Of a DNA stretch of 64,000 nucleotides, positions 35,492 through 45,318 are shown in pieces; position 1 is the stretch's first letter; every line of letters starts with the position of its first letter. The notes under the pieces were generated by a model, which was not told where the DNA came from, made no database searches, and was given only the letters and a program-made list of their open reading frames with translations. The stretch comes from Candidatus Nomurabacteria bacterium (lineage in GTDB: Bacteria > Patescibacteriota > Minisyncoccia > Phycocordibacterales > SBAW01): the NCBI GenBank assembly GCA_943349945.1, contig CALQZS010000001.1, forward strand, positions 213,739 to 277,738, given 5' to 3'. The position numbers were made by a program, and so were the translations under genes.

Positions 35492-36292
35492 CTACTTAAG
35501 CTCCAAGAGGACAGGGCAGTGGTCGGAGCCCAGGACGTCGGGGAGAATTTTGGCAGCTTTGATGCGGGAAGTGAGGCCGCGGGAGGCAAAGAAGTAGTCG
35601 ATGCGCCAGCCAACGTTGCGCTCGCGCGAGCGGGCAAAGTGGCTCCACCATGTGTAGTGCCCGTTTCCCTTCGTAAAAAGCCGAAACGTGTCGATAAAAC
35701 CTGCTTTAATAATGGCGTCGATACCCTCACGCTCTTCTGCTGTATAGCCATGTTCGCCTTCGTTGGCTTTTGGGTTGGCTAGGTCGTCGGGACCATGGGC
35801 TACGTTTAAATCACCGCAGAAAATAACGGGTTTTTCCTCTTCGAGTCGTTTCATGTATGCCAAAAAGACTGGGTCCCACTGTTTGTGGCGTAGTTTGAGC
35901 CTACTTAGGTCTGGTTTTGCGTTGGGAGTATAGGAGGTGATGACGTAAAAATCATCTAATTCGACCGCAATAACGCGACCTTCTTCGTTTGGATCGCCAT
36001 ATCCATCGTCACTCAAGCCAAACTCCTCGCATAAGTCTTGCGGGAGCCCCAGCTCGACCGAATGCACTACTATATCTTTTTTAACAAAGATGGCCGTGCC
36101 GCTATAGCCTTTGCGCTTGGCCGAGTGCCAATATTCTTCATACTCGGGCAGATCGAGCGCAGCCTGCCCGCGCTCGGCCTTTGTTTCTTGCAAACACAGC
36201 ACGTCGGGCTTGTACTCTGCAACAAACGGCGCAAACAGACCTTTGTTGTGCACTGCGCGTATACCGTTTACGTTCCAGGAGATGAGTTTCAC
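35492..36292 (-). CDS. xth: Exodeoxyribonuclease III / AP endonuclease
   Basis: VKLISWNVNGIRA N-terminal signature; probable GTG start at 36292 (the track ORF extends to 36472). Confidence 0.85.
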   Translation of the reverse strand: MKLISWNVNGIRAVHNKGLFAPFVAEYKPDVLCLQETKAERGQAALDLPEYEEYWHSAKRKGYSGTAIFVKKDIVVHSVELGLPQDLCEEFGLSDDGYGDPNEEGRVIAVELDDFYVITSYTPNAKPDLSRLKLRHKQWDPVFLAYMKRLEEEKPVIFCGDLNVAHGPDDLANPKANEGEHGYTAEEREGIDAIIKAGFIDTFRLFTKGNGHYTWWSHFARSRERNVGWRIDYFFASRGLTSRIKAAKILPDVLGSDHCPVLLELK

Positions 36293-36317
36293 ACCCACAT
36301 CATAGCAAATTCGCTGG

Positions 36318-36734
36318 TCATATACCGCGCTCGTCCTCGCGCATCCGCACCTCGTGCTCGTCCATGCCAAAATGGTGCGCAAATTCGTGCCACACGGTGT
36401 CTGCCACCATTTTGCGTACACATTCCTTATATATATCCTCGGATGCACCTGGTGCGTCTTCTGCTGCGGCATCTAGAATAGGGTTTTGAAAGATGGTTAT
36501 GGTGTCGGGTAAGACTGCGCCACCCACGCCATACACGTCCCCGCGCTCGGAGAGGGGGACACCGTGGTAGTAACCAAGCAATGTTTCATGCGGCCCCAAG
36601 CCCTCGCGTGCCCGCACCTCTGCCGATGGTTCGTCTTCCACCAACACCGCCACATTTTTAATCTTTTTCTTTACCCATTCGGGCAGTAAATCGTATCCTT
36701 CTGCTACTAACTGTTCAAATTCCTCGCGCTGCAT
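36318..36734 (-). CDS. Minimal zincin-like metallopeptidase (HExxH; COG3824-like)
   Basis: 138 aa; HEFAHHFG motif near the C-terminus. Confidence 0.6.
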   Translation of the reverse strand: MQREEFEQLVAEGYDLLPEWVKKKIKNVAVLVEDEPSAEVRAREGLGPHETLLGYYHGVPLSERGDVYGVGGAVLPDTITIFQNPILDAAAEDAPGASEDIYKECVRKMVADTVWHEFAHHFGMDEHEVRMREDERGI

Positions 36735-36736
36735 AG

Positions 36737-37657
36737 TTATTTTCGGCGTTTACCATGAAAGGCTTTGTGGACTTCGTGCAAATGCTTGTCGGTGATGTGG
36801 GTGTACACCTGGGTAGTCGCGATGTTGGAGTGGCCAAGGAGTGCCTGCACCGAGCGCAGATCGGCACCGTTTTCCAAAAGGTCAGTTGCAAAGGAGTGGC
36901 GGATGACGTGCGGCGTGACTTTGCGGGTAATGCCCGCCTTGGTGGCATATTTTTTAACCAAACGCTCGACTGAACGGGGAGTGAGCCGCCCGCCTGAGGG
37001 GGATTTTTCTTTGCTTCCTAAATTGCGGCTCATCTGCACAAACAGCGCGTCATCTATGTCGCCTCGTTTGTCTAAGTACTCTTTTATACAGCGCTTGGCA
37101 GCAGGGGAGAGAAAGACCACACGTACTTTTTCGCCCTTTCCGCGCACCGAAAATTCGTCACGAGAGAGATCTAAGTCGCGGTTGAGGCCGCACAGTTCCG
37201 AGACACGCAGACCCGTAGAAAAAAACAGCTCCAGTATCGCCCTGTCGCGCAAGTCGCTGAGCGACGAACCTTTTGGCCCTTCCATCAAACGCTCCAGCTC
37301 GCCCGCGGTAATAAGGTCGAGGTCGCGTGCGCCAACCTTTGCCAATTCGATACGCTCGGGGTTAAGCGACTCGATACCGCGCTTGCGCAAAAACTTCAAA
37401 AACGCGCGCAGCGAGATCATGTAGTAGTTTTGGGTCTTGTGCTTCATTGTGCCACTCGTGCCTGGCTGGCGGTTGAGGTGCAAACGGAATTCGCGCACCG
37501 TGCGCTCATCGAGCTTGGCAGGGGAGGTGAGTTTAGTGTGGGCCAAAAAACGCGAAAGGTAGCGGTCGTAATTTTCGACTGTTTTAATACTGCGACCTTT
37601 CTCTATCTCTAAGTATTCGAGAAATTCGGTTTTGAGGCTTTTAAGGTCCTGTGCCAT
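36737..37657 (-). CDS. Tyrosine site-specific recombinase XerC/XerD
   Basis: Start MAQDLKSLKTEFLEYLE (ATG at 37657); catalytic region HVIRHSFAT...LLGHSNIATTQVYTH. Confidence 0.85.
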   Translation of the reverse strand: MAQDLKSLKTEFLEYLEIEKGRSIKTVENYDRYLSRFLAHTKLTSPAKLDERTVREFRLHLNRQPGTSGTMKHKTQNYYMISLRAFLKFLRKRGIESLNPERIELAKVGARDLDLITAGELERLMEGPKGSSLSDLRDRAILELFFSTGLRVSELCGLNRDLDLSRDEFSVRGKGEKVRVVFLSPAAKRCIKEYLDKRGDIDDALFVQMSRNLGSKEKSPSGGRLTPRSVERLVKKYATKAGITRKVTPHVIRHSFATDLLENGADLRSVQALLGHSNIATTQVYTHITDKHLHEVHKAFHGKRRK

Positions 37658-37752
37658 GTGTCGCACAATTTTACCATGCACTAGCCACAAATCATGATTG
37701 CTGCTATTTTGGTCCCAGACGAAATACCTCGTCTTGTAGAAGGGAGGGTAAC

Positions 37753-38337
37753 ATGGCCGAGATTGGTCGAGTCCTATGGGTCTGGTTCTGGTACAACCAG
37801 AGACCCATTCCAAGAACGACAACGAGATGGCTGGCCACAAAACTCCTGCTCTGTATCGCAGGGGTGCTGCTGCAAGTTATGACAGTGACCCTGCCAGACA
37901 CAGCAGCATTGGCTATTTTGGTCGGCACCACAGGGATAGTGACCATCTTGTGGGTAACCAAATGTCTCGATGTAGGTTTCCTCACGTGGACAGTGTTTGC
38001 GCTCTCTGCTGCCGGAATTCTGTGGGTGCGTGCGGACGGTTTCGCGCCCATATTTTCATTGATGCTACTCATGTTTGGCGTCATGATCTTCGACATCACC
38101 GGAGGAAAGGCACACAATGAAGCCGTAGAGCGCCTACCAAAACTCACGTTCAGCAGCAATATCAAAACCCTTGTGCCAGGGCCGGCGCTAACCTGCGTCT
38201 GGCTTTGGTTTGGGGGAAACCTGGACTGGTGGCTTGTAGCCCCGGTAGCAGGGTTTTGGTTCTCGGTGGTCCACATCGCACTGCAAAAATTCTTTGATAC
38301 GCAGGACGCACAAGCTGACCCGCACAGACGCATCTGA
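37753..38337 (+). CDS. Polytopic membrane protein (hypothetical)
   Basis: ATG at 37753 (MAEIGRVLWVWFW...); several TM segments; hairpin terminator at ~38360-38390. Confidence 0.45.
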   Translation: MAEIGRVLWVWFWYNQRPIPRTTTRWLATKLLLCIAGVLLQVMTVTLPDTAALAILVGTTGIVTILWVTKCLDVGFLTWTVFALSAAGILWVRADGFAPIFSLMLLMFGVMIFDITGGKAHNEAVERLPKLTFSSNIKTLVPGPALTCVWLWFGGNLDWWLVAPVAGFWFSVVHIALQKFFDTQDAQADPHRRI

Positions 38338-38407
38338 CTGACCAACACAGACTACCAACCGCCTCCTTAATGGGGCGGTCTTTTTATGCCGCAAGGCGTC
38401 CAAGTGC

Positions 38408-38436
38408 AAAGGGCTTGCAAAATCCAGCAGCCTGTG
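38408..38436 (+). promoter_or_regulatory. Possible promoter TTGCAA-17-TACGAT for rpsO
   Basis: cttgcaa aatccagcagcctgtgc tacgat, 9 nt before the ATG (leaderless-like spacing). Confidence 0.3.
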
Positions 38437-38449
38437 CTACGATATCTTC

Positions 38450-38716
38450 ATGCTCACTGCAAAGAAAAAAGGCAAAGTTATCAAAGAAGCAGCAATTCAT
38501 GACAAGGACACCGGCTCACCGGAGGTCCAGATTGCCGTGCTCAGCAAGCGCATCGACGAGCTTACGAGCCATTTGAAGAAAAATCTCAAAGACAAGCACT
38601 CGCGCCGCGGACTTTTGCAAATGGTTGCAGACCGCCGCACCCATCTGAAGTACCTAGAGACCCACAACAAAAAGCGCCACAGCGCTATTGTGAAGAAACT
38701 CGGCCTTAAGAAATAA
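38450..38716 (+). CDS. rpsO: 30S ribosomal protein S15
   Basis: 88 aa; characteristic GSPEVQIA...HLKKNLKDKHSRRGL sequence. Confidence 0.9.
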   Translation: MLTAKKKGKVIKEAAIHDKDTGSPEVQIAVLSKRIDELTSHLKKNLKDKHSRRGLLQMVADRRTHLKYLETHNKKRHSAIVKKLGLKK

Positions 38717-38848
38717 TTTACTCTTGTAGGGTAGGAGTAGGGCATATTTTTTTTGTTGTATACTTTGTAGTAGGGGCTGTTTTATTTTAATTAATTTTAG
38801 TATGTGCTTTAGACTTACTCTCTAAAGAGTAGGTTGGGCATCAATTTC

Positions 38849-39463
38849 ATGGCAATCATTAAACACAAAAGCCAGCGTGTTGGCATTTTTATAGACACGC
38901 AAAACCTCTATCACAGCGCAAAAAATCTCTATCGTTCGAAAGTAAATTTCGCCAACGTGGTTAAAGAAGCCCTTGCAGGCCGCACTTTGGTGCGCGCCGT
39001 TGCATACGTTATTCGCACCGAGTCAGAAGAAGAGAAGAGTTTCTTTGAGGCGCTCAATAAAAGTGGCATCGAAACCAAGGTAAAAGACATCCGTATTTTT
39101 GCAGGCGGCGCCAAAAAGGCCGACTGGGACATTGGTATGGCAATAGACGCACTGAGTATGGCCGAAAAGCTCGACACTGTTGTGTTGGCTACCGGCGACG
39201 GCGACTTTGTACCACTGGTTGAATATTTAAAGAGCAAAGGCTGCCAGGTGGAGGTTATTGCCTTTGGTAAGTCTGCCGCAGGCGTGTTGCGCGAAGCAAC
39301 AGACGACTTTATAGACATGTGCGACGACCCACGTAACTACTTGATAGGCTACCGTGGCTCTGGCTCGGGGGTGCGTGGCTTTATACCGGGCTTTGCCGCA
39401 TCCAAATCCGACGAGGGGGTGGACGTAGGCCAAGAGGTGTACGAGGACGAGGACGAGAAATAA
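38849..39463 (+). CDS. NYN/LabA-like (PIN-fold) domain protein with acidic C-terminal tail
   Basis: VGIFIDTQNLY, DWDIGMAIDA, LATGDGDFVPLV motifs; ATG at 38849. Confidence 0.7.
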   Translation: MAIIKHKSQRVGIFIDTQNLYHSAKNLYRSKVNFANVVKEALAGRTLVRAVAYVIRTESEEEKSFFEALNKSGIETKVKDIRIFAGGAKKADWDIGMAIDALSMAEKLDTVVLATGDGDFVPLVEYLKSKGCQVEVIAFGKSAAGVLREATDDFIDMCDDPRNYLIGYRGSGSGVRGFIPGFAASKSDEGVDVGQEVYEDEDEK

Positions 39464-39485
39464 ACTTGAGAAAATATAGATAAAA

Positions 39486-39518
39486 AAATCCGCCGGATCC
39501 CATGTGGGTCCGGCGGAT
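39486..39518. terminator. Bidirectional hairpin terminator (aatccgccggatccca/tgggtccggcggatt)
   Basis: ~15-bp stem between convergent genes. Confidence 0.5.
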
Positions 39519-39520
39519 TG

Positions 39521-40504
39521 TTAGGCGAAGGCGCGTCGCACTCGTCGTGCAACATACCAACCTAACAAAAAAATCACGAAAAGGGCGAGAGAATACGCTA
39601 CGAAGGGCGGGATGCCCGCGGCATGCAGCACCGTGTTTGCAGCGCTCGCCACCATTTGCGGCTGTGTCACCAAAAGGTACACACCGCCAACAAATAGGCC
39701 GAACTTTACCACAGGTGCGATAACATGCGGTGCAACAAGCGCCGCAAAACTACCCACGCCGTGCGCCGCTGTGGCGACCTTAGCAGACAACCCCACCTTG
39801 GCCACCGTTGCTGTCTTAGCTGCCAAGGCAGCCTTGCCTGCAAGCCCGAGCGTGCCTATGGCGATGACATCAAGCGTCGCCATGCCTGCTTCGCGAAGTG
39901 TTGGTTTTTCTCCGCGCACCAGACGCGATTCGACCACCTGGAGCCCGCTAGTCAGCATCCGTTTGGCGAATGCAGCCACCGAGCTACCAGGGAGCCTGCG
40001 AGCCACACCTGCTTCGTCGATGTCGTACTGTCCAAAGAAGTCATTCTTGGCCAGCAACATCAACTCAATGGCATATGACCCACACTCAAACGGGGTCAGC
40101 GCCTCAGGCTTGGCTGGCATTTCTGCCCGAACGAGCGTTTTCGCTGCCAACGAAAACGCATAACTCGCGTCAAGGTAGCCGTCGCCCTCCGTCAGACACT
40201 TCCAGATGATTGGTACCATCTGGTTGTGCCCAAACTGCCGCAGTGCACGCTGGAACCTTTCGTTGGTCCCATACGCAGCAAAAACAGCAGGCGACATGCT
40301 TGGGTATTGCTCCAGCGCAGCCTCAGCTTGAGTGCCCAGGCCAACATGGCGCATCTCTGCACGTACGACCGCCTCTTCGTAGGAGGTTCGGTCACCGAGC
40401 AGCGCCAACGCAGCACCCAGCAGTACGGCAAGTACTGCTAAAGTGACGAACGGGAAACGCCACCGCTTCTGCTTCGCCAAGGTGAAATTGATTTCCCTTG
40501 CCAT
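39521..40504 (-). CDS. Hypothetical membrane protein (high-GC gene)
   Basis: 327 aa; N-terminal and C-terminal TM segments; many overlapping ORFs on both strands indicate high GC. Confidence 0.45.
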   Translation of the reverse strand: MAREINFTLAKQKRWRFPFVTLAVLAVLLGAALALLGDRTSYEEAVVRAEMRHVGLGTQAEAALEQYPSMSPAVFAAYGTNERFQRALRQFGHNQMVPIIWKCLTEGDGYLDASYAFSLAAKTLVRAEMPAKPEALTPFECGSYAIELMLLAKNDFFGQYDIDEAGVARRLPGSSVAAFAKRMLTSGLQVVESRLVRGEKPTLREAGMATLDVIAIGTLGLAGKAALAAKTATVAKVGLSAKVATAAHGVGSFAALVAPHVIAPVVKFGLFVGGVYLLVTQPQMVASAANTVLHAAGIPPFVAYSLALFVIFLLGWYVARRVRRAFA

Positions 40505-40630
40505 TTCAAAGTCCTTTTTCAGTCCTATTTTAATTATACTATATTATAATATATACGTCAAGTAGTGCTCAGCGGGCTAAAGTGCCTTACAGTTACAGGG
40601 TTATTTATCTACTTATTTGGAAGCTAGGCT

Positions 40631-42865
40631 ATGCAATCAAAAACATTTGAAACAGAGGTAGGAGGCAAGAAAATGGTCGCGGAGTTTACCGACTTGGCCG
40701 AGCAGGCAAGCGGGTCGGTCATATTGCGTTACGGCAACACAGCGGTGTTGGCAACGGCAGTGATGGGCGACAAGAGCCGCGACGACATCGACTACTTTCC
40801 ACTTACCGTTGACTACGAAGAGCGTTTTTATGCCGCAGGGCAAATTTTAGGCAGCCGCTTTGTGCGCCGCGAAGGCCGCCCCAGCGAAGACGCGATATTG
40901 GCCGGCCGCGTTGTTGACCGCACCATACGCCCACTATTTCCCCAACATTTGCGCAATGAGGTGCAGGTGGTTATTACAATTTTGGCACTCGATGAAGAAG
41001 ACCCTGCAGTTGTGGCCGTTAATGCCGCATCACTTGCACTAGCGGTGTCGAACATCCCATGGAACGGGCCCGTTGCCGCAGTGCGGATTGGGAAGTTTGG
41101 TACCTCCGCAGAAAAATCACTTTCTCCAGCTGCGGACACATTCGTCATAAACCCTACCTACGTACAACGCGCATCACTAGAATTTGACCTTTTGGCGTGC
41201 GGCAAAGACGAGACCATTAACATGATAGAGGTTGGCGCAAAAGAAACATCTGAAGCAGTAGTGGCTGCCGGGTTTGCTCGCGCCGCAGAAGAACACACAA
41301 AGTTGATTGCCTGGCAGCAGGAAATTGTGCAGCAAGTGGGTGTTGCAAAACTGTCAGCAGCAGCACCAGAGATCCCACCAGCTTTGACCACGCTGTACGA
41401 AAGTGAGTTTGCACCAAAAATGACCGCCGCAGTGTTTTGTGGGCTCCCTAGCAAAAAAAGTACCTACGTACTCAAGAAAGAATTTTTAAACAGGGTGGGG
41501 GAGAGCGAGGAACTCAGCGCCTACAAAAAACTCGCCGACCAGTTTTTTGAAGAAAAAGTAGACCAAGAGATACATCGCGGTGCTATAGAAGACAATAAAC
41601 GTGCCGACGGACGCGCATTTGACGAAGTGCGGCCGCTCTTTGCTAAAGCCGGGGGAGTGTCGCCCATATTACACGGCTCGGGCATTTTTTATCGTGGTGG
41701 CACACACGTCTTTACAGCACTGACCTTGGGCGGCCCCGGGGACTCGCAGGTAATAGATTCGATGGAAGAGCGCGACGCAGAAAAACGCTTTATGCACCAT
41801 TACAACTTCCCCCCATACTCTTCGGGCGAAACAGGCCGTATGGGCGGGGTCAACCGCCGCGCAGTCGGACATGGCGCACTGGCAGAAAAGGCGCTCGAAG
41901 CGGTTATCCCAAGCAAAGAGATATTCCCGTACACTGTGCGACTAGTGTCTGAATGTTTTGCCAGCAACGGCTCAACCTCTATGGGGTCGGTGTGTGCATC
42001 TACTTTGGCACTTATGGACGGCGGCGTGCCCATTACCGCACCCGTTGCCGGCATCGCTATGGGGCTTATGCTGTCGCCCACCTACACACAAGACAAAAAG
42101 TATAAAGTACTGACTGACATTCAAGGACCAGAGGATAGCCACGGCGACATGGACTTTAAAGTGGCCGGTACAAAAAACGGCATTACCGCTATACAGATGG
42201 ATATCAAACTCGATGGCGTGCCGGTGGATATTTTGACTGAGGCGCTTGAAGGCGCCCGGCTTGCACGACTTCATATTTTGGAGACTCTGCAGCAAGCATT
42301 GGCCGCACCGCGCGCAACCATTAGCCCACGTGCACCAGAAATTGTGACTTTGAAGGTACGTCCCGACCAAATCGGCTTGGTTATTGGCGGCGGCGGCAAA
42401 ACAATCAATGGTGTTAAGGAGGCAAGTGGGGTGAGCGACATCACCATAGATGACGACGGCTCTATCTTTATCACCGGCAAAGGCGGCACCGCAGGGAAAG
42501 CCCGCGAGATGATAGAAGCATTGGTGAAAGAATACAAAGCAGGCGAGCTATATGACGGGGAAGTCACCCGCTTGATGGATTTTGGGGCTTTTGTGCGCAT
42601 TGGCCCAAGCAAGGATGCCGAAGGGTTGGTGCACGTATCAGAAATCGCACCCTTCCGTATTGACTCTATTGCACAAGCGGTCTCGGTCGGAGACAAAGTG
42701 CGGGTTATGATAAAGGAGATAGACGAGAAAGGCCGCATCAACCTCTCGATAAAAGCGGCTGACCCAGAGTTTGCCACGCGCAAAGGTTTGAAACCGTCTA
42801 CCAAAGAAATCAATGGACAAAGAGATAGAAACACCAACAACTCCGGCTACTCCCGCCCCCACTAG
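40631..42865 (+). CDS. pnp: Polynucleotide phosphorylase
   Basis: 744 aa; two RNase PH domains, KH and S1 (GLVHVSEIAPFRI) domains. Confidence 0.9.
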   Translation: MQSKTFETEVGGKKMVAEFTDLAEQASGSVILRYGNTAVLATAVMGDKSRDDIDYFPLTVDYEERFYAAGQILGSRFVRREGRPSEDAILAGRVVDRTIRPLFPQHLRNEVQVVITILALDEEDPAVVAVNAASLALAVSNIPWNGPVAAVRIGKFGTSAEKSLSPAADTFVINPTYVQRASLEFDLLACGKDETINMIEVGAKETSEAVVAAGFARAAEEHTKLIAWQQEIVQQVGVAKLSAAAPEIPPALTTLYESEFAPKMTAAVFCGLPSKKSTYVLKKEFLNRVGESEELSAYKKLADQFFEEKVDQEIHRGAIEDNKRADGRAFDEVRPLFAKAGGVSPILHGSGIFYRGGTHVFTALTLGGPGDSQVIDSMEERDAEKRFMHHYNFPPYSSGETGRMGGVNRRAVGHGALAEKALEAVIPSKEIFPYTVRLVSECFASNGSTSMGSVCASTLALMDGGVPITAPVAGIAMGLMLSPTYTQDKKYKVLTDIQGPEDSHGDMDFKVAGTKNGITAIQMDIKLDGVPVDILTEALEGARLARLHILETLQQALAAPRATISPRAPEIVTLKVRPDQIGLVIGGGGKTINGVKEASGVSDITIDDDGSIFITGKGGTAGKAREMIEALVKEYKAGELYDGEVTRLMDFGAFVRIGPSKDAEGLVHVSEIAPFRIDSIAQAVSVGDKVRVMIKEIDEKGRINLSIKAADPEFATRKGLKPSTKEINGQRDRNTNNSGYSRPH

Positions 42866-44027
42866 CCCACAAACTCCCCCTCAAAAAAAAGAAGTGGATT
42901 TGGGCGCAATCCTCCTACCTAAAAAAGAAGTACACGACCCCTTAAACGCACCTCGCGCCGAGGCTGGGGTCTTGCTCAAGCAAGAACAAACTGCAGAGCT
43001 CCCTAAAACAGCAGCACCAAAAGCGCCACTGCCACCGCGCAACGACTCTATTGTGCAGCCGCTCGTCACGTATCAGAGCGACATGCAGAAATATATTCAG
43101 CAAAACAACGTCTCCAACGTCACCATAGCTGCCGCCGAAGCAGAGCGCCGTGGCAAAAACCCAGACACGAGGGAAACCCCTGGCCAAACGGGGTCGTTTT
43201 GGTTTCGATTGGGGATGATTTTTTTAGGATCGCTATTGTTGGGCGGCGCTGTGGGACTTGTGGGCTACGTAGTGTACCGCTCGCAAGCGTTGCCTGCCGC
43301 CGTAAATCCACAAGCCCCGGTTATTGCTATAGATGAAGTGCGCATGGTGCCTATTGCCACAACAGACTCCCGCACCACAGCGCTCGACAAGCTTACCCAG
43401 GCCAAAGACGCCGTAGCTCTTTCTCTTGGGCTGGTTGCACAGTTGCAGCCCGTGTCGGCAACCAGCACGCCGCAAACACCCATGAGCGCCCGCACCCTGT
43501 TGCCGATACTTACCCCAGCTATGCCCCAGGAATTGTCGCGTACACTGCTGCCTACGTTTTTGCTTGGCGTGCACGCATTCGACAGAAACCAGCCGTTTTT
43601 GATACTTAAAACTGACTCGTATGAGCAGGCATTCTCTGGCATGCTCGCGTGGGAAAACACCATGCACGATGACTTACTGCCGCTTTTTGCCTACACACCA
43701 AGCGAGCCTATACAGATGGCGCCTGTAGTTACTGCAACCACAACAAACACTGCCACTACCACCGCAGCCACATCAACCTCGGTCTCGACCCACTCGACCA
43801 CTACGCAAATACTCCAACCTGTACAAGCGGTGCTGCCGGGGGCATTTTTGGACAAAATACTCGAAAATCACGACACCCGTGTCCTACAAAACAGCAATGG
43901 CGACATATACTTTTTGTGGACATTTATAGACCGGGGAACCATCCTTATTACCACCAACCCCCACACGCTTAAAGAGGTTATTGTACGCACACACGAGGCG
44001 CCTATAGTGCCCATACCGGGGCAGTAG
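42813..44027 (+). CDS. Membrane-anchored Pro/Thr-rich hypothetical protein
   Basis: 404 aa; TM FWFRLGMIFLGSLLLGGAVGLVGYVVY; overlaps the pnp 3' end by 53 nt. Confidence 0.45.
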   Translation: MDKEIETPTTPATPAPTSPQTPPQKKEVDLGAILLPKKEVHDPLNAPRAEAGVLLKQEQTAELPKTAAPKAPLPPRNDSIVQPLVTYQSDMQKYIQQNNVSNVTIAAAEAERRGKNPDTRETPGQTGSFWFRLGMIFLGSLLLGGAVGLVGYVVYRSQALPAAVNPQAPVIAIDEVRMVPIATTDSRTTALDKLTQAKDAVALSLGLVAQLQPVSATSTPQTPMSARTLLPILTPAMPQELSRTLLPTFLLGVHAFDRNQPFLILKTDSYEQAFSGMLAWENTMHDDLLPLFAYTPSEPIQMAPVVTATTTNTATTTAATSTSVSTHSTTTQILQPVQAVLPGAFLDKILENHDTRVLQNSNGDIYFLWTFIDRGTILITTNPHTLKEVIVRTHEAPIVPIPGQ

Positions 44028-44062
44028 GCCAGGCAAAGGAAAAGCGCTATACTCCTTAGTAT

Positions 44063-44443
44063 ATGCATAACGACAAGACAGGTCATTTTAAAAAGCGTTT
44101 GGCAGAAGAATTACAAAAGCTAGAGAATGAGCTACAAACGCTCGGGTGGCAGAACCCTACAACAGGGGACTGGGAAGCAGCTGCCGGAGATATTGACTCG
44201 AGTGCAACTGAGAGTGATGAACTTGCAGACCGTCAAGAGGAATATGGCGAGAATCGTGCAGAAATTGAAGAAATTGAAATCCACTGGCGCAATGTTAAAC
44301 GCGCACTACAAAAAATAGACGAGGGCACGTTTGGTGTATGCGAAATTTCTGGAGATGAAATTGAGGAAGACCGTTTGGAGGTAAACCCATCGGCTCGCAC
44401 CTGCAAAGCGCACATGGAAGAAGAGGGGGAACTCGGGGCGTAA
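44063..44443 (+). CDS. DksA/TraR-family protein with degenerate zinc finger (C-x2-S...C-x2-H)
   Basis: 126 aa; coiled-coil N-terminus; C-terminal GVCEISGDEIEEDRLEVNPSARTCKAH. Confidence 0.55.
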   Translation: MHNDKTGHFKKRLAEELQKLENELQTLGWQNPTTGDWEAAAGDIDSSATESDELADRQEEYGENRAEIEEIEIHWRNVKRALQKIDEGTFGVCEISGDEIEEDRLEVNPSARTCKAHMEEEGELGA

Positions 44444-44516
44444 CTACACATTCATATAAAAACTATCCCCGCCATTTGTGGTGGCGAGGATAAGAAGAAT
44501 TTAACGGTAGATATTT

Positions 44517-45260
44517 TTACTGTAGGGACTTAAACCTGCTGGCCTCGTCGTTACTTGTCCAATACGTTGCCCCTGCGGCCAGCGGCATCGATCGCGCCTT
44601 GGCAACTTCGGCAGCATAGAGTCCGTTCGCTGCGGCGCGGCTCTTGCACGTATACACTTGCCGACCCGAAAGGACGAGGACTGGTGGCGCCAGGTCTTCA
44701 GGCCCGCTTCGCTCGACTCTGACACCTCGCCGGTCGTAGTATGTGCCAACAAGTATATTCCAGCTTCCTTGAGCATCCACGCTAGCTAGCCAAGGGCCGC
44801 CTCGAGCGACAACGCCTACCTGCACACGATGACCTTCGGAGAAGGGGTGCGGATGGTCCTTCACCGTCGCGGTTAGTACCGGGTCGAGACGACACGAAGC
44901 GACCATGACTTTGATGCGAGGAGTCGCAGCCGGGCGCGGCGCTGTGACAGCATGGAGCTTCAGCCAATCTTCGGCAGCGGCAAGGCTGTCACACCTCACG
45001 CCGTCGCCTTGCAGATTGATAGCTGTACCTTCGGCTGGGATAGAGTTGCCGAAAGCAATTACCCAGTAGGTGGGGCCTTGATATATGACGGCCGATCTGG
45101 GTTGACTGTCAACCTTGGCCAGATATATCCGACCCTGGGGAACTTCCCCCTGCACCTTGATGATATCGGTCGAGGCAACGCAGGTATCCGCCGCCATCGC
45201 CGGGGCGACGAAAGCAGTCAGCAACACGGCCAAACAGATGGCCATAAACCTTCGGCACAT
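44517..45260 (-). CDS. Secreted hypothetical protein (high-GC gene)
   Basis: Signal peptide MCRRFMAICLAVLLTAFVAPAMA; high-GC patch with overlapping ORFs on both strands. Confidence 0.45.
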   Translation of the reverse strand: MCRRFMAICLAVLLTAFVAPAMAADTCVASTDIIKVQGEVPQGRIYLAKVDSQPRSAVIYQGPTYWVIAFGNSIPAEGTAINLQGDGVRCDSLAAAEDWLKLHAVTAPRPAATPRIKVMVASCRLDPVLTATVKDHPHPFSEGHRVQVGVVARGGPWLASVDAQGSWNILVGTYYDRRGVRVERSGPEDLAPPVLVLSGRQVYTCKSRAAANGLYAAEVAKARSMPLAAGATYWTSNDEASRFKSLQ

Positions 45261-45318
45261 GAGTCTTTCCTCCAAGCACGGGAACGTGCTAATTGTTATT
45301 AAACATTAAATACAAAGG

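Noticed and set aside
35377-35782. ORFs 35377..35751 (minus) and 35519..35782 (plus)
   Set aside because: They overlap the 3' end of xth and the palindromic intergenic element. Low-complexity translation, no RBS.
36737-37657. Tyrosine recombinase as a marker of an integrated mobile element
   Set aside because: The N-terminus MAQDLKSLKTEFLEYLE and overall length fit chromosomal XerC/XerD dimer resolution. No adjacent att-like repeats, phage or plasmid genes, so it was not called a mobile-element integrase.
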